Part shown: positions 1-9,565 of the stretch, piece after piece
How positions within the stretch are numbered: position 1 is the first letter of the stretch
Layout: each line of letters starts with the position of its first letter
Notes under the pieces: generated by a model
What the model was told of the DNA's origin: nothing
Databases searched by the model: none
Seen by the model: the letters and a program-made list of their open reading frames with translations, nothing else
NCBI GenBank assembly: GCA_017397175.1
Contig: JAFQKA010000025.1
Span: forward strand, 7,501 to 71,500
Length of the DNA stretch: 64,000 nucleotides
Reading direction: 5' to 3'
Origin: Clostridia bacterium
Lineage (GTDB): Bacteria; Bacillota; Clostridia; Oscillospirales; CAG-272
Program-made: the position numbers and the translations under genes

Positions 1-837
1 ACCGTATTTTGCAAGGACGGATGCAACCTCTTCTCTCATACAAGGTGCAAGCATTGGCATCATTCCGATGGCAACACATTCGCCGTGATAAAGCTCGGTC
101 AATCCGCACTTACTCTCCACCGCGTGACCCACCGTGTGACCGAAATTAAGTATTCTGCGCAGACCCGTTTCCCGCTCGTCCTGCTCGACTACGTCCTTTT
201 TGATGAGCAAGGAACGGTAGATCACGTTATCGATATCTGCGAATGCATCGCCGTCTCGGATCATTTCATAAAGTTCCCGATCGGAGGTGAGCGCCATTTT
301 GATCGACTCGGAAAGGCCGTTTGCAAGCTGTCTTTTGGGGAGTGTTCCCAATACGTCGGGGTCGATTATGACTCCCTTTGGCTGTTTGAACGCGCCGATT
401 ATGTTCTTGTAACCCTCGAAATCAACGGCTGTTTTTCCGCCGATTGAGGAATCTACCTGGGAAAGCAGCGTGGTTGGAATATTGTAGAAGTCTATGCCGC
501 GCATGAACATGGAAGCGGCAAAGCCCGCAATATCACCCACAACACCGCCGCCTACGGCAACGACGCAGTCGCTTCGTGTGACCCCGTTCTCGGTAAGCGC
601 GCGGAGCAGGGTGCGCAGGGTGTCAAAATTCTTGCTTTTTTCTCCCTGCTCGAAGGTGACGATATCCGCCCTTTTTGCACAGCGCGCCACCGTTTCGGCA
701 TACTCTTTCGGCACACCGCTGTCGGTGATGATCAGCGCGTGGCGTTCAAGGTCAAATATCTCGCCTGCCTTTTTGATCGCGCCTCTCTCAAGTGTTATAT
801 TATAGCTGTTTTCTCCTAAATTTACGGGGATTATCAT
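1..837 (-). CDS. aroB: 3-dehydroquinate synthase (C-terminal end cut by window edge)
   Basis: Absent from the ORF track because it runs off the left edge. My reverse-complement translation from the ATG at 837-835 gives MIIPVNLGENSYNITLERGAIKKAGEIF...VVAVGGGVVGDIAGFAAS...TTLLSQVDSSIGGKTAV...NFGHTVGHAVE...HGECVAIGM, which are AroB hallmark motifs. It starts 3 nt after the pheA stop. Confidence 0.85.
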   Translation of the reverse strand, partial: MIIPVNLGENSYNITLERGAIKKAGEIFDLERHALIITDSGVPKEYAETVARCAKRADIVTFEQGEKSKNFDTLRTLLRALTENGVTRSDCVVAVGGGVVGDIAGFAASMFMRGIDFYNIPTTLLSQVDSSIGGKTAVDFEGYKNIIGAFKQPKGVIIDPDVLGTLPKRQLANGLSESIKMALTSDRELYEMIRDGDAFADIDNVIYRSLLIKKDVVEQDERETGLRRILNFGHTVGHAVESKCGLTELYHGECVAIGMMPMLAPCMREEVASVLAKYG

Positions 838-840
838 TTT

Positions 841-1935
841 TTATCCTTTCAACTGAAGCTCGCGGTCGTAGGTTCCAAGCACCTTTACGCTGCTACATAT
901 TTCTTCAAGATTATGCAACAGAGCCTTGCCCTTTTCGGTGTGAACGTTTCCTTCCACCTCGGCACTGAAATAATATTCCCAGATCAATTCCTTTGTGGGG
1001 CGGCTCTTCAGGGCCTTCATGTTAAAGCCTGCGTCTCCGATGGCGTTGATCGCCTTTGCCAGACAGCCTGCCTCGTTCTTTACGGTGAAGAACAGGAAGA
1101 AGTGCCTGTCTGCGGTGTTTTCCGCCTTTGCCGCCTTTGAAAAGACCGCAAAACGGGTGGTGTTTACCGAGCTTTCGTTTATGTTGCGCTCAAGGACCTG
1201 AAGTCCGTAGAGCTTTGCCGTTTCAATTGACGCTATTGCCGCCACCGAAGGATCGGCGTTGATCGCTACCTGCTTTGCCGCAACGGCGGTGTTGGTGGCA
1301 CCCTCGGGCGTAAAATTGTGATCTCTTATGTACTGAGCGCACTGGTCGAGTGCCTGCTGATGGCTGATGACCTTGGTGACTTGAGAAATTCTGCTTCCGG
1401 GAACACCCAAAAGGTTCTGAACCACCTGCAGATCGTATATGCCCGTCATGTGGAGTGAGCCGAAGAAGGCAAGGTCCATCACCTGTGTAACGTCCCCTGC
1501 GTGGCTGTTTTCAATGGGAAGAACGGCACAATCGCATTCACCCTTTTCCACCGATTCGTAAGCGGATCGGAAATCGGGGAATGAGACGGGGGTGCCGTCG
1601 GGGAAGATCCTCATGGCGGCAATGTTGGCAAAAGCACCGGGAACTCCGCTGTAAGCCACTCTCATGCCCTCAAGCAGCCTGTGCTGGAACGCGCGTGAGA
1701 CCTCCATGTTGTTTGTGATGAAGTTTACGTAATACGGACGCAGCTCATCGTTCTCCACCAGGGCGCTGTTCCGCTCGATCACAGCCGCCTCTCGTGATGC
1801 GTCAAGGACGGGAAGACCTCTTTCCTGCTTGTATTTGGCGACCGTTTTTACAGCTTCCATGCGGCGGCAGAAAAGCTCTGCCATCTCGCGGTCCACTTCA
1901 TTTATTATTTCTCTTGCGCGGTCAAGCTCTGACAT
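841..1935 (-). CDS. pheA: bifunctional chorismate mutase / prephenate dehydratase
   Basis: 364 aa. The N-terminus looks like chorismate mutase (REIINEVDREMAELFCRRMEAV), followed by a prephenate dehydratase core (VAYSGVPGAFANIAA, NTTRFAVF) and a C-terminal ACT-like region. SD GAGGAG lies upstream. Confidence 0.9.
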   Translation of the reverse strand: MSELDRAREIINEVDREMAELFCRRMEAVKTVAKYKQERGLPVLDASREAAVIERNSALVENDELRPYYVNFITNNMEVSRAFQHRLLEGMRVAYSGVPGAFANIAAMRIFPDGTPVSFPDFRSAYESVEKGECDCAVLPIENSHAGDVTQVMDLAFFGSLHMTGIYDLQVVQNLLGVPGSRISQVTKVISHQQALDQCAQYIRDHNFTPEGATNTAVAAKQVAINADPSVAAIASIETAKLYGLQVLERNINESSVNTTRFAVFSKAAKAENTADRHFFLFFTVKNEAGCLAKAINAIGDAGFNMKALKSRPTKELIWEYYFSAEVEGNVHTEKGKALLHNLEEICSSVKVLGTYDRELQLKG

Positions 1936-1950
1936 TTTGATTCTCCTCTG

Positions 1951-1998
1951 AAAATAAAAAATCCGTTACCATCATGCAAAATGTGCATATGACAACGG
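1951..1998 (-). terminator. intrinsic terminator inside the pheA leader (attenuator terminator)
   Basis: Minus-strand RNA CCGUUGUCAUAUGCA-CAUUU-UGCAU(G)AUGGUAACGG forms a 15-bp stem with one bulge, followed by AUUUUUUAUUUU. It ends 15 nt before the pheA ATG. Confidence 0.7.
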
Positions 1999-2043
1999 GC
2001 TATCTGTATAAATTTCACCGCGGCACACGAAAGTTATCTTCCG

Positions 2044-2118
2044 TTAACGCGCCGATCTCGCAGAATTGAACAGATAACCCCATGAATAATAATAAAATCG
2101 ATAAGATGTGTTCATCAT
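2044..2118 (-). CDS. candidate aromatic-rich leader peptide MMNTSYRFYYYSWGYLFNSARSAR
   Basis: AGGAGG, then 8 nt, then ATG. The ORF has 24 codons, and 8 of 12 consecutive codons (Y-R-F-Y-Y-Y-S-W-G-Y-L-F) are Tyr/Phe/Trp. It lies between a promoter and a terminator upstream of pheA-aroB. Confidence 0.55.
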   Translation of the reverse strand: MMNTSYRFYYYSWGYLFNSARSAR

Positions 2119-2150
2119 GGCTTGTTCCTCCTGCAAAATTTCGATGTTTA

Positions 2151-2180
2151 ATTATACACACAAATTCAGCTTTTTGTCAA
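2151..2180 (-). promoter_or_regulatory. sigma-A type promoter for the pheA leader
   Basis: On the minus strand, TTGACA (2180-2175), an 18-nt spacer, then TATAAT (2156-2151). Confidence 0.5.
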
Positions 2181-2310
2181 CCCCTTTTTATTATAATGAA
2201 ACATCATTGTGACAGTTTTACAAAAAAAGATTTATGTTCGGGAGTTGTTTGTCTAAAATGACGGCAGGTTTTGAGATTCGAGCGAATATTTATGAAAGGA
2301 GACGGTAAAT

Positions 2311-2823
2311 TTGAAAATAAAAATAAGTTTTTTTGTGGTCATGGCGCTGATTTTGACCCTTTGCTCCTGTCAAAGATCGCTGTTGTCACCTCGAACTGCG
2401 GCGCTTGCCATGGCGGAGGCCTGTGAAGACAGAGCGGCGGGAAGCGTTTATACCACAGAAAGCTCATACGGCGCACCGGATCATCTTTCCCCCGAGCTTA
2501 TGGCAGAGCTTTTCGGAGACTTTGATTTTACGGGAGTAAACGGAGCTGTGTATTTGTCGGGCACTACGTCCCTTTTTGAGCTGTCCTTTTTTGATTGCCC
2601 CGATACGGATACAGCCGAGGCAGTGGGCGGACTTTGCGCCGCACGTTTTGATCTTGCATCGAAAACCGCAAAAAGAATGGGTCTTGACGAGTCGGATTTC
2701 ACGGTGAAAATATACGGCCGTCGTGTGCTGGCTGCAATGTGTGAGGAGAGTGAAAGGGCGGTGAGCGCGGGGCTGGAAAAAATTAAAGGGCAGAAATCGC
2801 TTTTTAATATGAAAAAAGGTTGA
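2311..2823 (+). CDS. putative lipoprotein of unknown function
   Basis: TTG start after AAAGGAG. Signal peptide with lipobox MKIKISFFVVMALILTLCSC. I recognise no catalytic motif. Confidence 0.5.
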   Translation: MKIKISFFVVMALILTLCSCQRSLLSPRTAALAMAEACEDRAAGSVYTTESSYGAPDHLSPELMAELFGDFDFTGVNGAVYLSGTTSLFELSFFDCPDTDTAEAVGGLCAARFDLASKTAKRMGLDESDFTVKIYGRRVLAAMCEESERAVSAGLEKIKGQKSLFNMKKG

Positions 2824-2903
2824 AAAAAAGCGTAATTTCGTGTATAATAGAAAAGTTGGAAGAATGTAAATTGCACGATCACGGAAAAGGGAGAAGAGAA
2901 AAA

Positions 2904-3695
2904 ATGAAATTCAAAAAGTTTTTCATAATATTGCTTTGCTTGTCGTCGATTTTTTGCCTTTTTGCCTGCGATCCCGAGGACGGCAAAATTTTGAGCGATG
3001 AGGATATTCGCGCCGCGCTTCCCGGAAAGGACGGAAAAATGACGGTTCTTCTTGACGCGGGACACGGATTTGGTGACCCCGGCTGTACCTCGGATTACCT
3101 GAACGGTCTTGACGAAAGGGATATAACCCTGAGCTATGTGGGGTTGCTTAAAGGAAAGCTTGAATCAAAGGGCTTTGAAGTGCTTTTGACTCATGACGGT
3201 ACTACCTATATGAGCGAGGCGGAGCTTACAGAAAAGGCAGACCTTTACGGGGTCGAATACAAAAAAGAAAATATAAAGGACAACGGGGTTTTTGACGCAT
3301 ACGAGCGCGCCGTTTACGTAAACGTGCTCTTGAATGAGAGGGAAGCGGACTATTTTCTCTCGATCCACGTAAACGCCAGCGCAAATTCGAGCACCGCAGA
3401 GGGATTTGAGATAGATTACTGTGCAGAAAACGGTTCTTCAAGACATTCCGAGTTTGTTTTTCGCTCGATCTGTGAATCACTTGAAGGAAAATTTCCCGAT
3501 ACCCCAAGGAAAGAGTTTGCCGACAGTTGGGACAATGCTTTTATCGTAACAAAGTACACAAATCTTCCCTCGGCACTTCTTGAATTGGGATTTGCCACCA
3601 CTCCTTCCGACGCGGAGAAGATACTTGATACGGTCTGGCAGTCTGAGCTTTGTGACGCGGTGGCGGAAGGAATTGCAAAAGCCTTTGGAAAATAA
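2904..3695 (+). CDS. N-acetylmuramoyl-L-alanine amidase (Amidase_3 type), lipoprotein
   Basis: The track ORF 2820..3695 is trimmed to the ATG at 2904, preceded by GGGAGAAGAG. Lipobox LSSIFCLFAC. Motifs LLDAGHGFGDPG and LSIHVNA. Confidence 0.8.
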   Translation: MKFKKFFIILLCLSSIFCLFACDPEDGKILSDEDIRAALPGKDGKMTVLLDAGHGFGDPGCTSDYLNGLDERDITLSYVGLLKGKLESKGFEVLLTHDGTTYMSEAELTEKADLYGVEYKKENIKDNGVFDAYERAVYVNVLLNEREADYFLSIHVNASANSSTAEGFEIDYCAENGSSRHSEFVFRSICESLEGKFPDTPRKEFADSWDNAFIVTKYTNLPSALLELGFATTPSDAEKILDTVWQSELCDAVAEGIAKAFGK

Positions 3696-3696
3696 A

Positions 3697-4338
3697 ATGC
3701 AGGAGATCAACGTGAGCGAGGAATTATATACCACTCTTGAGCATGATGGCAAGGCCGAGTTTGAGGAAAAACGCTCGGTGTTCATTTCCCATGCCCGTCC
3801 CGTCAAGACCGAGGCGGAGGCTTTGGAGTTTATTAAGAAGATAAAAGGTCAATACAGGGACGCTACCCACAACGTCTATGCCTATCTGCTTGACGGCGGC
3901 ATGACACAGCGTTACAGTGACGACGGTGAACCCCAGGGAACGGCGGGAATGCCAACCCTTGACGCTATCAGAAAGTCCGGCTGCACCGACGCTGTGGTTG
4001 TGGTCACCCGATATTTCGGCGGCACGTTGCTTGGAGCCGGCGGACTTGTCCGCGCGTACTCTCACAGCGCGGTCCTGGCGCTTGAGGCGGCACATATTGT
4101 TACATACGAAAAATATGCACAGATGCGGCTGATGATATCCTACTCGGATTACAGTAAATATCTGTCCGAGCTTGAAAAGAACTCGGTCATCATTGATAAC
4201 ACGGTATTTGAGGAAAACGTGATAATCGAATTTGCCGTCAAGAAAAAATGTCTGTCGAGCCTTGAGGCAAAGCTCACCGAAATGAGTGGCGGCAAGCTTA
4301 AAATGCTGCAAAACGGCGAAAGATTTGATTTCAGATAA
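3697..4338 (+). CDS. yigZ: IMPACT/YigZ family protein
   Basis: The track ORF 3580..4338 is trimmed to the ATG at 3697, just after the amidase stop. Motifs ATHNVYAY, DDGEPQGTAGMP and VVVTRYFGGTLLGAGGL. Confidence 0.85.
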   Translation: MQEINVSEELYTTLEHDGKAEFEEKRSVFISHARPVKTEAEALEFIKKIKGQYRDATHNVYAYLLDGGMTQRYSDDGEPQGTAGMPTLDAIRKSGCTDAVVVVTRYFGGTLLGAGGLVRAYSHSAVLALEAAHIVTYEKYAQMRLMISYSDYSKYLSELEKNSVIIDNTVFEENVIIEFAVKKKCLSSLEAKLTEMSGGKLKMLQNGERFDFR

Positions 4339-4422
4339 AATTTGTTTTTAAAAAGAGTATTTAAAGTTTTTTTGCGTATCTTATATATGTAAAAAACGAA
4401 AAAAGAAAAACGGAGGTCGGAA

Positions 4423-5439
4423 ATGTCGGAAAATTACATCAGAGAATTGTTCCTTGAAAGAGAGAAGAGCACGCTGTCCCCTTATGCGTTCCTGACCTCG
4501 AATACGAGAGGCCGTGAGCACCCGTACACTCCGTGTCCCGTTCGTACCGAATTTCAGCGCGACCGAGACAGAGTAATACACTCCACGTCATTCCGCCGCC
4601 TGATGCACAAAACTCAGGTGTTCCTGATGCCCGTGGACGATCATTACAGAACAAGACTGACCCACACACTTGAGGTCAGTCAGATCGCACGCATTATTGC
4701 GCGCGGCCTGCGCCTGAACGAGGATCTGACGGAGGCCATAGCTTTGGGACACGATCTGGGTCACACGCCATTCGGTCACGCGGGCGAGGATGCGATGCGC
4801 GCTTGCTACGATCCCGATTTTGCACACTACAAGCAGAGCCTGCGAGTAGTGGAAAAGCTGGAGAGAGGCGGAAAGGGTCTTAACCTTACCTGGGAGGTCC
4901 GCGACGGCATCGTCAACCATACGGGCAAGCATATGGCATCTACTCTTGAAGGTGTCATAGTCAAATTTGCCGATCGAATAGCATACATAAATCACGATAT
5001 CGACGATGCGGTGCGCGCAGGGATCCTTCGTCCCGAAGATATCCCCGCCGAGCTTCGCGCAGTTCTCGGCGAACGTCACAGCGAGAGGATCAACAAAATG
5101 GTTCTTTCGGTAATAACCGCCAGCACGGACAGACCCGAGATCAGAATGACCGATGAAATACAGCAGGCCACTGATGCCTTGCGTAGGTTTATGTTCGAAA
5201 ACGTGTACGAAGACAAAGTCGCAAAGCACGAAGATGACAAATCAAAGGCTCTTCTTATCAGCCTGTACGAATATTTTTGCAGGAATCCCGAAAAAATGCC
5301 CCGCGAGTATTTCGTCAACGTTGAAAACGAGGGTGTTGAGCGTTGTGTTTGCGATTACGTTTCGGGCATGACGGACAGATACGCCATCGAGCTGTATAAC
5401 GAGCTTTACGTACCGCAGGTCTGGGGAGGCAAGAGATGA
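4423..5439 (+). CDS. dgt: dGTP triphosphohydrolase-like HD-domain protein
   Basis: 338 aa. Motifs RDRDRVIHSTSFRRL, RLTHTLEVSQIAR and GHDLGHTPFGH. It overlaps the dnaG start (ATGA). Confidence 0.85.
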   Translation: MSENYIRELFLEREKSTLSPYAFLTSNTRGREHPYTPCPVRTEFQRDRDRVIHSTSFRRLMHKTQVFLMPVDDHYRTRLTHTLEVSQIARIIARGLRLNEDLTEAIALGHDLGHTPFGHAGEDAMRACYDPDFAHYKQSLRVVEKLERGGKGLNLTWEVRDGIVNHTGKHMASTLEGVIVKFADRIAYINHDIDDAVRAGILRPEDIPAELRAVLGERHSERINKMVLSVITASTDRPEIRMTDEIQQATDALRRFMFENVYEDKVAKHEDDKSKALLISLYEYFCRNPEKMPREYFVNVENEGVERCVCDYVSGMTDRYAIELYNELYVPQVWGGKR

Positions 5440-7214
5440 TTCCCAGAGAAATAATTGACGAGATCCTTTATCGGAGCGATATTACCGACGTTATCGGGTC
5501 TTACGTCTCTCTGAAACGGGCAGGCTCCAACATGAGCGGACTATGTCCCTTTCATTCGGAAAAATCGCCGTCCTTTACGGTGTTTCCCGCCACAAAGAGT
5601 TTTTACTGCTTTGGTTGCGGAGCAGGCGGAGACGTAATTACCTTTATAAAAAAAGCGGAAAACCTTGACTATCCCTCCGCCGTCGAATTTTTGGCGGCGC
5701 GGGCGGGTATTACTATTCCCGAGGACAAAAAATACGTAAAGAGTGACGAGGTTTCCCGCAGACGTGTGTTTGACATGAACCTTGAGGCGGCAAAATTCTT
5801 CCGCCAATGCCTTTTTGACGAAAAGATCGGCGCGCCGGGCAGAGAATACCTGGCAAAAAGAAAGCTCAGCGGCGCGACCATCAAGCATTTCGGTCTTGGA
5901 TTTGCGCCCGACAGTTTCAATATGCTTACAGACTATCTTCATTCAAAGGGGTTTTCCGATCACGAGCTGACCACTGCGTTTCTTTGCGGAAAAAGTCAGA
6001 AAACGGGTAGGTGCTACGACTATTTCCGCGGAAAGGTAATGTTCCCGGTAATTGACGTTGCGGGAAATATCATAGCCTTTGGCGGACGGGTACTTGACAA
6101 CTCAAAACCTAAATATATAAACTCGTCGGACACCCCCGGATTCAAGAAAAGCCGCAATCTTTTTGCTCTGAATTTCGCAAAAAGCTGTTGCTCGGAGGAA
6201 ATGATCCTTTGCGAGGGCTATATGGATGTTATCGCCCTTCACGCGGCGGGTTTTGAAAACGCAGTGGCGACACTTGGTACCGCCATCACCCCCGAGCAGG
6301 CACGTCTTATGGCAAAGTATACCAAAAAGGTCATAATTTCCTACGACGGCGATGCGCCGGGTCAAAATGCCACAAACAAGGCAATGAAGCTTTTATCCGA
6401 GGTGGGACTTGAGGTAAGGGTGCTGACGATACCCGACAACATGGACCCCGACGATTACATAAAGGCTCACGGTCCCGACCGCTTCAAGCAGCTGCTTGAG
6501 AGCGGCAAAACGGGCTTTGAATTTAAACTGAACGGCGTGCTTTCCAAATATAATATCTCCGAGCCTTCGCAAAAAATACGCGCGTCGGCGGCAATTTGTG
6601 AAATAATTGCATCGGTTGCTTCGGCGGTTGAGAGGGAAGTATATATAAGGGAAGCGGCAAAGCGAATCGACGTTACAGCCGAAACACTGAAAAATGACGT
6701 TGAACGGCATCGCCGCAAAATGGTGCGGGAAATGCGGAAAAACGAGAGCAGTGAGGCACTCAAAACCGTACATCGCTACGGAGACACCGTTAATCCCGAC
6801 GCGGCGAAAAACGTAAAGATGTCAAGTGCAGAGGAGGCTATCATCGGTATGCTGCTTCAGTACGACGATCACCGTGCCGCTGTGGCAAACGGGAAAATAG
6901 AACTTACTGCCGACGACTTTTTCACCGATTTCGGACGCAGAGTTTTTCGGTCCGTGATGGAGCTTGAGATGTCGGAGGGCGGTTTTTCTTTCTCTCTTAT
7001 GGGTGAGAGTTTTAATCCGGACGAGATGGGAAGAATGATACGGTACGTAACAGAAAGAAAAGAGCTTTCGCAGAACACGCTTGATGTTTTGCGGGAATCT
7101 GTAAATACACTGAAAAAGGAGAGACAGAGTCATGCCGACCGAACCGGCGACGACCCCTTTGCCGCTCTGCGGCGAAAGAGAGAAGCGCTGAAAAAGAAAA
7201 AGGACGAGCAGTGA
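5436..7214 (+). CDS. dnaG: DNA primase
   Basis: 592 aa. Zinc ribbon CPFHSEKSPSFTV...YCFGCGAGGD and TOPRIM motif EGYMDVI. Confidence 0.95.
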   Translation: MIPREIIDEILYRSDITDVIGSYVSLKRAGSNMSGLCPFHSEKSPSFTVFPATKSFYCFGCGAGGDVITFIKKAENLDYPSAVEFLAARAGITIPEDKKYVKSDEVSRRRVFDMNLEAAKFFRQCLFDEKIGAPGREYLAKRKLSGATIKHFGLGFAPDSFNMLTDYLHSKGFSDHELTTAFLCGKSQKTGRCYDYFRGKVMFPVIDVAGNIIAFGGRVLDNSKPKYINSSDTPGFKKSRNLFALNFAKSCCSEEMILCEGYMDVIALHAAGFENAVATLGTAITPEQARLMAKYTKKVIISYDGDAPGQNATNKAMKLLSEVGLEVRVLTIPDNMDPDDYIKAHGPDRFKQLLESGKTGFEFKLNGVLSKYNISEPSQKIRASAAICEIIASVASAVEREVYIREAAKRIDVTAETLKNDVERHRRKMVREMRKNESSEALKTVHRYGDTVNPDAAKNVKMSSAEEAIIGMLLQYDDHRAAVANGKIELTADDFFTDFGRRVFRSVMELEMSEGGFSFSLMGESFNPDEMGRMIRYVTERKELSQNTLDVLRESVNTLKKERQSHADRTGDDPFAALRRKREALKKKKDEQ

Positions 7215-7234
7215 CGGATGTCGAGAGGTGAATT

Positions 7235-8263
7235 TTGAAAAAAGAAGAAATAAAGGAAATTGAAGTTCCCGAGGAGATGCCGAAAAACGAAACCCCGGAG
7301 GACGCTTTTGACGCCATGGTCGAGGATCTGCGCAGTGAAGGTGTGATGATTCCCGGAGGTGCAGATGAGGTCGAAATCGAGGAGGACGTTGAAAAATACG
7401 ATACCTCGGAGAGAATGGAAAATATGCTGGAGCAGGACGGTCTTACAATCGACGACCCCGTTCGTATGTACCTGCGGGAGATCGGTCGTGTGCCGCTGCT
7501 TAAATCGGACGAGGAAAAGGAACTTGCCATTCGAATCTCCGAGGGAGACGAGGATGCAAAGCAGGTATTCATCAACGCAAACCTCCGTCTTGTTGTCAGC
7601 ATAGCAAAGAAGTACGTGGGACGTGGAATGCCCTTCCTTGATCTTATTCAGGAGGGAACCCTGGGTCTTATGAAGGCTGTTGACAAATACGATTATTCAA
7701 AGGGATACAAGTTCTCTACATATGCTACCTGGTGGATCCGTCAGGCAATATCACGAGCGCTGGCCGAGCAGGAGATCATTCCGGTACATATGGTTGAAAC
7801 GGTGCATAAGATCGCAAAATGCTCCCGCCAGATGCAACAGGAGCTGGGCCGCGAACCGACAATTGAGGAGATCTCCGAAAAGATCGGTCTGACCCCCGAA
7901 AAGATCAGGGATATCCGCCGATATTCCCAGGAGCCATTGTCTCTTGATACACCGATCGGTGAAGAGGAGGACAGCCGTCTGGGAGATTTCATTCCCGACG
8001 ACGATACGCCGTCTCCCGCTGAAGCGGCATCGGCTCTTATGATGCGTGAGGCCATCGAGCGTGAGCTTCACACACTGACCCCTCGTGAGGAGCAGGTCAT
8101 AAAGCTCAGATACGGTCTTATTGACGGCAGAGCAAGGACCCTTGAAGAGGTGGGACAGGAATTTGAAATCACCCGTGAGAGGATCCGCCAGATCGAGGCA
8201 AAGGCGCTGAGAAAGCTGAGAAATCACAGCCACGCAAAGAACCTCAGAGGATTTATCGACTAA
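7235..8263 (+). CDS. sigma-70 family paralog (regions 1.2-4.2, no region 1.1, divergent 2.4/3.0 junction)
   Basis: 342 aa. TTG start 4 nt after GAGGTG. Motifs [37 protein letters not shown] and YATWWIRQ, but then [16 protein letters not shown] in place of [18 protein letters not shown]. Confidence 0.85.
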   Translation: MKKEEIKEIEVPEEMPKNETPEDAFDAMVEDLRSEGVMIPGGADEVEIEEDVEKYDTSERMENMLEQDGLTIDDPVRMYLREIGRVPLLKSDEEKELAIRISEGDEDAKQVFINANLRLVVSIAKKYVGRGMPFLDLIQEGTLGLMKAVDKYDYSKGYKFSTYATWWIRQAISRALAEQEIIPVHMVETVHKIAKCSRQMQQELGREPTIEEISEKIGLTPEKIRDIRRYSQEPLSLDTPIGEEEDSRLGDFIPDDDTPSPAEAASALMMREAIERELHTLTPREEQVIKLRYGLIDGRARTLEEVGQEFEITRERIRQIEAKALRKLRNHSHAKNLRGFID

Positions 8264-8319
8264 TAGACGCAGGGATATAAATAAAAGCAGACAAAAGCTT
8301 TGTATTTAAGGAAACGGAA

Positions 8320-9471
8320 ATGAAAGAAATTTTGGAAAATACAGAAAACACGGAAACCGTGGAAACAAGAGAAAACACAAAGAAATTGGATACGGTCTAC
8401 CTCATAGAAAAGGGTAAAAAGGGCAAGTTGTCAAGTGCCGATATCGAAGAGGCCATGGAGGCTATGGACTTCGATATGGATAAGCTTGATAAGCTTTATG
8501 CAGACCTTGAGGAAAACGGCATCGACATCGTCCCCGAGCAGATCGAGGGTGAGGATATCCGCGAGATCGAGAACGAGGTGGCGCAGTATAATAAGCCCGA
8601 AAAAATGGCGGAGCTTCTTGAATCCGAGGGACTTGCCATCGACGACCCCGTTCGTATGTATCTGAAGGAAATAGGACGAGTTCCCCTTCTCACGCTTGAG
8701 GAAGAGCTTGCTCTGGCACAGCAGATGAGCGAGGGCGGAGAAAAGGCGGAGGAAGCAAAAAGCAAGCTGGTTGAGGCAAACCTTCGACTTGTTGTCAGCA
8801 TTGCCAAGCGCTACGTGGGCAAGGGAATGTTCTTCCTTGATCTGATCCAGGAGGGTAATCTGGGTCTGATGAAGGCGGTAAAGAAATTTGACCATACCAA
8901 GGGCTATAAGTTCTCAACTTACGCTACCTGGTGGATCCGCCAGTCGATCACACGCGCCATTGCCGATCAGGCAAGAACTATCCGAATTCCCGTTCATATG
9001 GTTGAAACTATCCATAAGGTTTCAAGATATTCAAGACAGATGATGCAGGAGCTTGGACGTGAGGCGACAGCCGAGGAGATCGGTGAAAAAATGGGTATGC
9101 AGGCGGATAAGGTCCGTGAGATCATGCGCTTCTCCCAGGATCCCGTATCTCTTGAAACTCCTATCGGCGAGGAGGAGGACAGCCATCTGGGTGACTTCAT
9201 TCCCGACGAGGACACTCCCGCACCCCCCGATTCCGCATCCACAGCGATTTTGCGCGAGGTTATAGAGAAGGAGCTTGGCACTTTGACCCCCCGTGAGGCG
9301 CATGTTATCAGACTGCGTTTCGGTCTTTATGACGGCAGATGCAGAACGCTTGAGGAGGTCGGCAAGGAATTTGACATAACCCGTGAAAGAATCCGTCAGA
9401 TCGAGGCAAAGGCGCTGAGAAAGCTGCGCCACCCCAGCAGAGCAAGACACCTCAAGGGATTTCTTGATTGA
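8320..9471 (+). CDS. sigA: primary RNA polymerase sigma factor
   Basis: 383 aa. Region-1.1-like N-terminus ([32 protein letters not shown]), the canonical [19 protein letters not shown], and region 4.2 [28 protein letters not shown]. Confidence 0.9.
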   Translation: MKEILENTENTETVETRENTKKLDTVYLIEKGKKGKLSSADIEEAMEAMDFDMDKLDKLYADLEENGIDIVPEQIEGEDIREIENEVAQYNKPEKMAELLESEGLAIDDPVRMYLKEIGRVPLLTLEEELALAQQMSEGGEKAEEAKSKLVEANLRLVVSIAKRYVGKGMFFLDLIQEGNLGLMKAVKKFDHTKGYKFSTYATWWIRQSITRAIADQARTIRIPVHMVETIHKVSRYSRQMMQELGREATAEEIGEKMGMQADKVREIMRFSQDPVSLETPIGEEEDSHLGDFIPDEDTPAPPDSASTAILREVIEKELGTLTPREAHVIRLRFGLYDGRCRTLEEVGKEFDITRERIRQIEAKALRKLRHPSRARHLKGFLD

Positions 9472-9497
9472 ATTTGCATTTTGTTTACAATAGCGCC

Positions 9498-9526
9498 TTG
9501 ACATTTCGGCGCATTTGGTGTAGAAT
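9498..9526 (+). promoter_or_regulatory. sigma-A type promoter for the lipoprotein gene
   Basis: TTGACA (9498-9503), a 17-nt spacer, then TAGAAT (9521-9526). Confidence 0.5.
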
Positions 9527-9565
9527 ATCTAACGTATGAACTTAGCTATAATAAGGAGTCAGAAA

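Noticed and set aside
85-805. Track ORFs 85-447 and 494-805 on the plus strand
   Set aside because: They are antisense to aroB, which runs off the window edge and so is missing from the track. The minus-strand translation carries the AroB motifs.
1936-2180. T-box riboswitch upstream of pheA
   Set aside because: I looked for the conserved T-box sequence (AAnnnGGGTGGTACCGCG) and a specifier-loop architecture and found neither. GUGCCGCGGUG is only a superficial resemblance. The leader-peptide interpretation fits better.
2196-2261. 21-codon Cys-rich mini-ORF MKHHCDSFTKKDLCSGVVCLK on the plus strand
   Set aside because: There is no SD upstream, it overlaps the divergent pheA-leader promoter region, and I see no supporting signal.
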